Source: an uncultured Candidatus Melainabacteria bacterium
GTDB lineage: Bacteria > Cyanobacteriota > Vampirovibrionia > Gastranaerophilales > Gastranaerophilaceae
Assembly (NCBI GenBank): GCA_934691935.1
Contig: CAKUTH010000001.1
Location: 222,967-286,966, forward strand
DNA: 64,000 nt
Reading direction: 5' to 3'
Shown: positions 60,092-64,000 of the stretch, piece after piece
Layout of the letters: each line of letters opens with the position of its first letter
How positions within the stretch are numbered: position 1 is the first letter of the stretch
The notes under the pieces: model-generated
Seen by the model: only the letters and a program-made list of their open reading frames with translations
The model's database searches: none
What the model was told of the DNA's origin: nothing
Made by a program: the position numbers and the translations under genes

Positions 60092-60856
60092 TTACAAGCT
60101 AGCGCCATGCAAATCTGTTCCACCTGTTTTTATTAAATCATATTTGTCAGCGATTTTTTCAATATGCTCAATTGTTGAAAAACGCATATATTTACGCCAT
60201 CTTGGATACGGGTAATAAACTTCAATACCGTCCAAGCCAAAAGATTTCAACTTTTTTACAAATCTATCAAGACTTAAAGCCCAACAACAGGCTGGATGTG
60301 CAAGAACAGCAATTCCGCCAGCATTATGGATTGCATTGATTAATTTTTTAATATCACGAGTTGAAAAAAATCTGATAATATCAAGCTCAGTTTCTTTTTT
60401 TGATTTTGCGCAAAAATCCTGCAATTCCGCATTTTCAACATCCACTCCATAAGCTAACAAGTGCATAAAAACATATCCGCACCAAACATCAAACTCAACA
60501 GCAGGGATTAAAATATCATCTTTTACAACCTTATGCGCTTCCATTGTATTATGGTCGCAAATCGCAATTTTTTTATAACCTTTTTCTTTGGCTTGAGCTA
60601 CAATAGAGCTCGCATCTGCTTTTCCATCAGAAAAAGTTGTATGTATATGTAAATTTACTCTGTTATTTTCAAAATCTTCTTTGCTGAAATCTATTATTTC
60701 TTCACGATAAGGTCTACTCACTTTTCTATACTCACTATTCACATAATTATTTTTGTAATAAAATAAGTTTACAACAAAAAGGAGTGATATGGCAAACAAA
60801 AGAGTTTTATCAATATTTTTTGAAGGGTTAAAAATATTTGTAATTAACATACACAA
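60092..60856 (-). CDS. PHP-domain (polymerase/histidinol-phosphatase-like) metal-dependent phosphoesterase with N-terminal hydrophobic segment
   Basis: VNLHIHTTFSDGKA ... AICDHN ... LAHP motifs. The annotated start overlaps the divergent neighbour by 68 nt, so one of the two starts is probably wrong. Confidence 0.6.
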   Translation of the reverse strand: MCMLITNIFNPSKNIDKTLLFAISLLFVVNLFYYKNNYVNSEYRKVSRPYREEIIDFSKEDFENNRVNLHIHTTFSDGKADASSIVAQAKEKGYKKIAICDHNTMEAHKVVKDDILIPAVEFDVWCGYVFMHLLAYGVDVENAELQDFCAKSKKETELDIIRFFSTRDIKKLINAIHNAGGIAVLAHPACCWALSLDRFVKKLKSFGLDGIEVYYPYPRWRKYMRFSTIEHIEKIADKYDLIKTGGTDLHGASL

Positions 60857-61781
60857 ATTCTTGCTCTATATGGCATTCCCTGTATTGGGTCAAGTTGCAG
60901 GTTTATTTTTGGTATTTGGCGCAACATTTTGGTTTACACAAAATTATCAGGATTTAGTCATTAAATACCCTGCACTAAACGACATGTCAACTATGCTAAT
61001 TTGCAGTATCGCACTGGTTATTCCTGGACTTTTAATTTTAGTGAAAGCCCTTTGGGATTATTTGGTTGCCTTTGGCGCAATAAATTCTATGGTTGAAGGT
61101 TACCAAAACACTGGCAGAGTATACGATTTTAGGGCGCATAACGAAGTTGTATGGAAAAAAACTTTTTCTTTTATTGCTATATGGTTCATAATCGGAATTT
61201 TCTCTATCCTTGCAATAATCCCTATATTCTGGATTTTTGCACTTATATTTTTTGTATATTTTGTACTGGTATTTCAAGTATTTACGTTCGAAAACGGGTT
61301 GTCACCAATTGGTTATTTTAAACGTAGTTTTGAACTAATAAAGGGTAATTTTGCGAGAACTTTTCTTTTAATGGCTATTTTAGGATTGTTCACATATTGC
61401 CTGTTACCTTCTGGATTATCGGTAATTTTTGATTATTTTAATTGGACAAACTCATTGTCGAAAATATTTGAAAGCTGGGCTTATACATTGCCTTTAGAAA
61501 CTGTAGAACAGTTTGGAATAACTCCTCAAATTATTGGAGAAAATATTGTCAAGGAATTAATACTTTTTGTCATGATAGGTTTTACGCTTCCATTAAGAAG
61601 TATTTGTTGGACGCTTTGGTATAACAATTTTGCAGAGCCACAAACGGTTGAAAAACCTAAAAAGAAAAAACGTACTACTGCAAAAAAGACCCAACAATTA
61701 CCAAAGACTTTTAAAATAGAAAAAAGGGGTATCGACCCTGAAATTATCAGACGCGCAAGATTAGAGGACGATGAATACTAA
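60789..61781 (+). CDS. hypothetical integral membrane protein
   Basis: 330 aa. AAAAGGAG RBS before the ATG at 60789. An alternative start is at 60867. Multiple TM segments. Basic C-terminal tail. Confidence 0.5.
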   Translation: MANKRVLSIFFEGLKIFVINIHKFLLYMAFPVLGQVAGLFLVFGATFWFTQNYQDLVIKYPALNDMSTMLICSIALVIPGLLILVKALWDYLVAFGAINSMVEGYQNTGRVYDFRAHNEVVWKKTFSFIAIWFIIGIFSILAIIPIFWIFALIFFVYFVLVFQVFTFENGLSPIGYFKRSFELIKGNFARTFLLMAILGLFTYCLLPSGLSVIFDYFNWTNSLSKIFESWAYTLPLETVEQFGITPQIIGENIVKELILFVMIGFTLPLRSICWTLWYNNFAEPQTVEKPKKKKRTTAKKTQQLPKTFKIEKRGIDPEIIRRARLEDDEY

Positions 61782-61996
61782 TGTTTATTTGCAAAAATTG
61801 TAAATCTGTAGATAAATTTGAATTAATGTTCTCTCCTGATTATCAAGGCGAGAAAAGGTTTTCGCAAGAATACAACAAAAATGGTAACATAGAAATCACA
61901 GTCGACGGGTACAAATTTGTCCCTGACTTACAATTTATGAACGAACATGCTGTATGCAAATACTGCGGACAAATTTACATGTGGGATTATGAATAA
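61781..61996 (+). CDS. small zinc-ribbon protein (CxxC ... CxxC)
   Basis: 71 aa. CKNC at the N-terminus and CKYC at the C-terminus. ATG overlaps the upstream stop (TAATG). Confidence 0.45.
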   Translation: MFICKNCKSVDKFELMFSPDYQGEKRFSQEYNKNGNIEITVDGYKFVPDLQFMNEHAVCKYCGQIYMWDYE

Positions 61997-62031
61997 CCCC
62001 TCAAAGCGCGACTTACTTACGAAAGGGAATT

Positions 62032-62736
62032 ATGAAAAGAGAATTCAGACAAAACAACGAAACAAGAGAAATTAAATTCACAAAAGATTTTACAAAACAT
62101 GCCCTAGGCTCAGTTCTTGTAGAATTTGGAGATACAAGAGTTATTACAACAGCATCTGTCGAAGAAGGCAAACCTAAATGGATGGACAAAGATGAAAAAA
62201 GAGGTTGGGTAACAGCAGAATACTCACTTCTCCCATCAGCACCTAACACAAGATGTCAAAGAGAAAGAACTAAAATTTCAGGTAGAACTCAAGAAATTCA
62301 AAGACTTATCGGCAGAAGTCTAAGAGCTTGTGTTGACTTAGAAAAAATGCCAGACCTAACCATTACAATTGATGCTGATGTAATTCAAGCTGACGGTGGA
62401 ACTCGTACAGCAAGCATTTGCGGTGGATTTTTGGCACTAAAAATTGCTATCGAAAAACTTCTTGCAAACGGAACTTTAAAAGAAAACCCTATCATTGAAC
62501 CAATTGGAGCAATCTCTGCTGGTATCATCGACGGAGAAGTTAGACTTGATTTAGATTACATTGAAGATTCTCACGCACAAGTTGATAGCAATATTGTTTT
62601 GACTAAAAGCGGGAAAATTATTGAGTTTCAAACAACTGCAGAAGGTGAACCTTACGAGCAAGAGCAAATGATTAAGATTTTTAACGTTGCAAAAGAAGGA
62701 ATTGATAAAATCATTGCAATGTATGAAAAAATTTAG
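62032..62736 (+). CDS. rph: ribonuclease PH
   Basis: 234 aa. Motifs GSVLVEFGDTRVI, CQRERT and DADVIQADGGTRTASI. Confidence 0.9.
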   Translation: MKREFRQNNETREIKFTKDFTKHALGSVLVEFGDTRVITTASVEEGKPKWMDKDEKRGWVTAEYSLLPSAPNTRCQRERTKISGRTQEIQRLIGRSLRACVDLEKMPDLTITIDADVIQADGGTRTASICGGFLALKIAIEKLLANGTLKENPIIEPIGAISAGIIDGEVRLDLDYIEDSHAQVDSNIVLTKSGKIIEFQTTAEGEPYEQEQMIKIFNVAKEGIDKIIAMYEKI

Positions 62737-62797
62737 TACAATTACACAATAACTATCAAAAAGTACTAGTAGACGTTTATCGTCGGAAAGGACAAAA

Positions 62798-63241
62798 ATG
62801 AAAAAAAACTTATTTATTTCAGCATTAGTGCTAATGATTGCAAGCTCTACAGCAGTGATGGCTGCAGACAACTCAACTTACACTGGACAATTTATTAACA
62901 AACACACTCAAGCTATAACTAATAAAGAAAAACAACTTCAACAACAACAAAAAGCTAGACAAGAAGCTCAAGCTAAACAAAAAGCTGATTTGCAAAAACA
63001 AATCAAAGCTAAACAAGATGCCCAAGCAAAGCAAAAAGCTGAGTTGCAAAAGCAAATCAAAGCTAGACAAGAAGCCCAAGCTAAACAAAAAGCTGAGTTG
63101 CAAAAACAAATCAAAGCTAAACAAGATGCTCAAGCAAAACAAAAAGCTGATTTGCAAAAAAAATATGAAGCTGACAAAAAAGCTAGACAGCAAAGAGTTG
63201 AACAAAAGAAAAAACAATGGAATGATTTAATGAAATTCTAA
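62798..63241 (+). CDS. secreted Lys/Gln/Ala-rich tandem-repeat protein
   Basis: 147 aa. Signal peptide MKKNLFISALVLMIASSTAVMA. Four copies of a roughly 20-aa unit QAKQKA(D/E)LQKQIKA(K/R)Q(D/E)A. Confidence 0.7.
   Translation: MKKNLFISALVLMIASSTAVMAADNSTYTGQFINKHTQAITNKEKQLQQQQKARQEAQAKQKADLQKQIKAKQDAQAKQKAELQKQIKARQEAQAKQKAELQKQIKAKQDAQAKQKADLQKKYEADKKARQQRVEQKKKQWNDLMKF
62958..63166 (+). repeat. approx. 60-bp direct tandem repeats (about 3.5 copies) inside the CDS
   Basis: caagctaaacaaaaagctga(t/g)ttgcaaaa(a/g)caaatcaaagct(a/a)(a/g)acaag(a/a)(t/a)gc recurs with a few substitutions. Confidence 0.7.
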
Positions 63242-63290
63242 ATATTTAAAAAAGCGTCTTAAAGGCGCTTTTTTTGTGTTAAAATCAAGT

Positions 63291-64000
63291 TATGCAAACA
63301 TTAACTCAAACACTTACTGGCGCACAAGCCATTATACAAACCCTAAGCAACCTCAATATAGATACCATATTTGGTTATCCTGGTGGGGTTGTATTGAATG
63401 TATATGATGAACTTGCCAAACAAAATTCTATTCAGCATTATCTTGTACGCCATGAGCAATCTGCTGTTCACTGTGCAGAAGGCTATGCAAGAGTGACAGG
63501 TAAATGTGGCGTAGTCGTTGTAACCTCAGGTCCTGGAGCTACAAATATTGTTACTGGGCTTGCAAACGCGTATCTTGATGGATTTCCGCTACTTGTCATT
63601 ACAGGTCAAGTATCTGCAGAATTGTTGCACCAAGACGCTTTTCAAGAAGTTGATATTATTGATATTACAAAATCTTGCACTAAAAAGAATTTTCAAGTCA
63701 AATCAATTGAAACTCTGCAAGATACACTAATCGAGGCTTATAACACTGCAACAACAGGCAAAAAAGGACCAGTTGTTGTTGACATTACGAAAAATGTTTT
63801 TTCTCAAACTATAGAGTTCAAAAACTTAAATCTAACCACACCAGAAAACAAAAAACAAGATTTTGATATTCAACAAGCAATTCAAGCTATTTCAAACTCT
63901 CAACGACCTGTCATTGTTACTGGTGGGGGCGCAATTGATGCTTCGGCACAAGTCCAAGAATTCGCAAAAAATTTAAACATGCCTGTTGTTTCAACAATGA
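63291..64000 (+). CDS. ilvB: acetolactate synthase large subunit, 5' part (runs off the window end)
   Basis: Opens with ATG and stays open to the end. TPP-enzyme N-terminal domain (GYPGGVVLNVYDEL ... HEQSAVHCAEGYAR ... VTSGPGATN). Confidence 0.85.

Noticed and set aside
1-64000. CRISPR arrays, transposases/IS elements, integrase or phage structural genes
   Set aside because: No regularly spaced direct repeats and no DDE/serine/tyrosine recombinase-like ORFs were seen anywhere in the window. The island at 1-7.8 kb has no visible mobility gene within the window.

Overview
AT-rich bacterial chromosomal window. Most of it appears to be about 33-45% G+C, but several segments are much lower; these figures come from hand counts of a few 60-nt samples only. 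Phylum cannot be assigned from sequence alone. Many proteins carry FTLAEVL-type prepilin leaders, and there are no tRNA or rRNA genes, no CRISPR array and no transposase. Recognisable housekeeping genes include relA/spoT, aspS, ribF, pnp, prfB, rph, rpiB, rsfS, panE and a 5' fragment of ilvB. There is also a MarR-EmrA-EmrB-TolC efflux locus, an NfeD/SPFH pair, and two-component and c-di-GMP (HD-GYP) signalling genes. The main finding is a very low-GC (about 20-25%) block at 1-7.8 kb, consistent with horizontal acquisition. It carries a three-gene minus-strand operon with translational coupling. The first gene encodes a 1112-aa protein whose N-terminus has all four SIR2_2 (ThsA/DSR-type NADase) motifs: GAGVS...LPSW, TTNYD, KMHG and LGFSxxD. 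Next are a 104-aa membrane protein and an 809-aa protein with a polytopic N-terminus and a large soluble domain. An XRE regulator lies adjacent. I know of no described defence system that pairs a DSR-like sirtuin with two membrane proteins, so this is the candidate novel system. Other notable items: four paralogous pilin-like genes, one of which begins with ATG followed by a G11 homopolymer (a candidate phase-variation switch). There is a tandem pair of paralogous HNH-like/zinc-finger proteins in a low-GC operon. A sigma-70 region-4-like HTH protein sits among the pilin genes. A CheY receiver is paired with a truncated PilB/GspE-like ATPase. There is a 714-aa protein with no recognisable similarity (ORFan) and a secreted protein with 60-bp tandem repeats.
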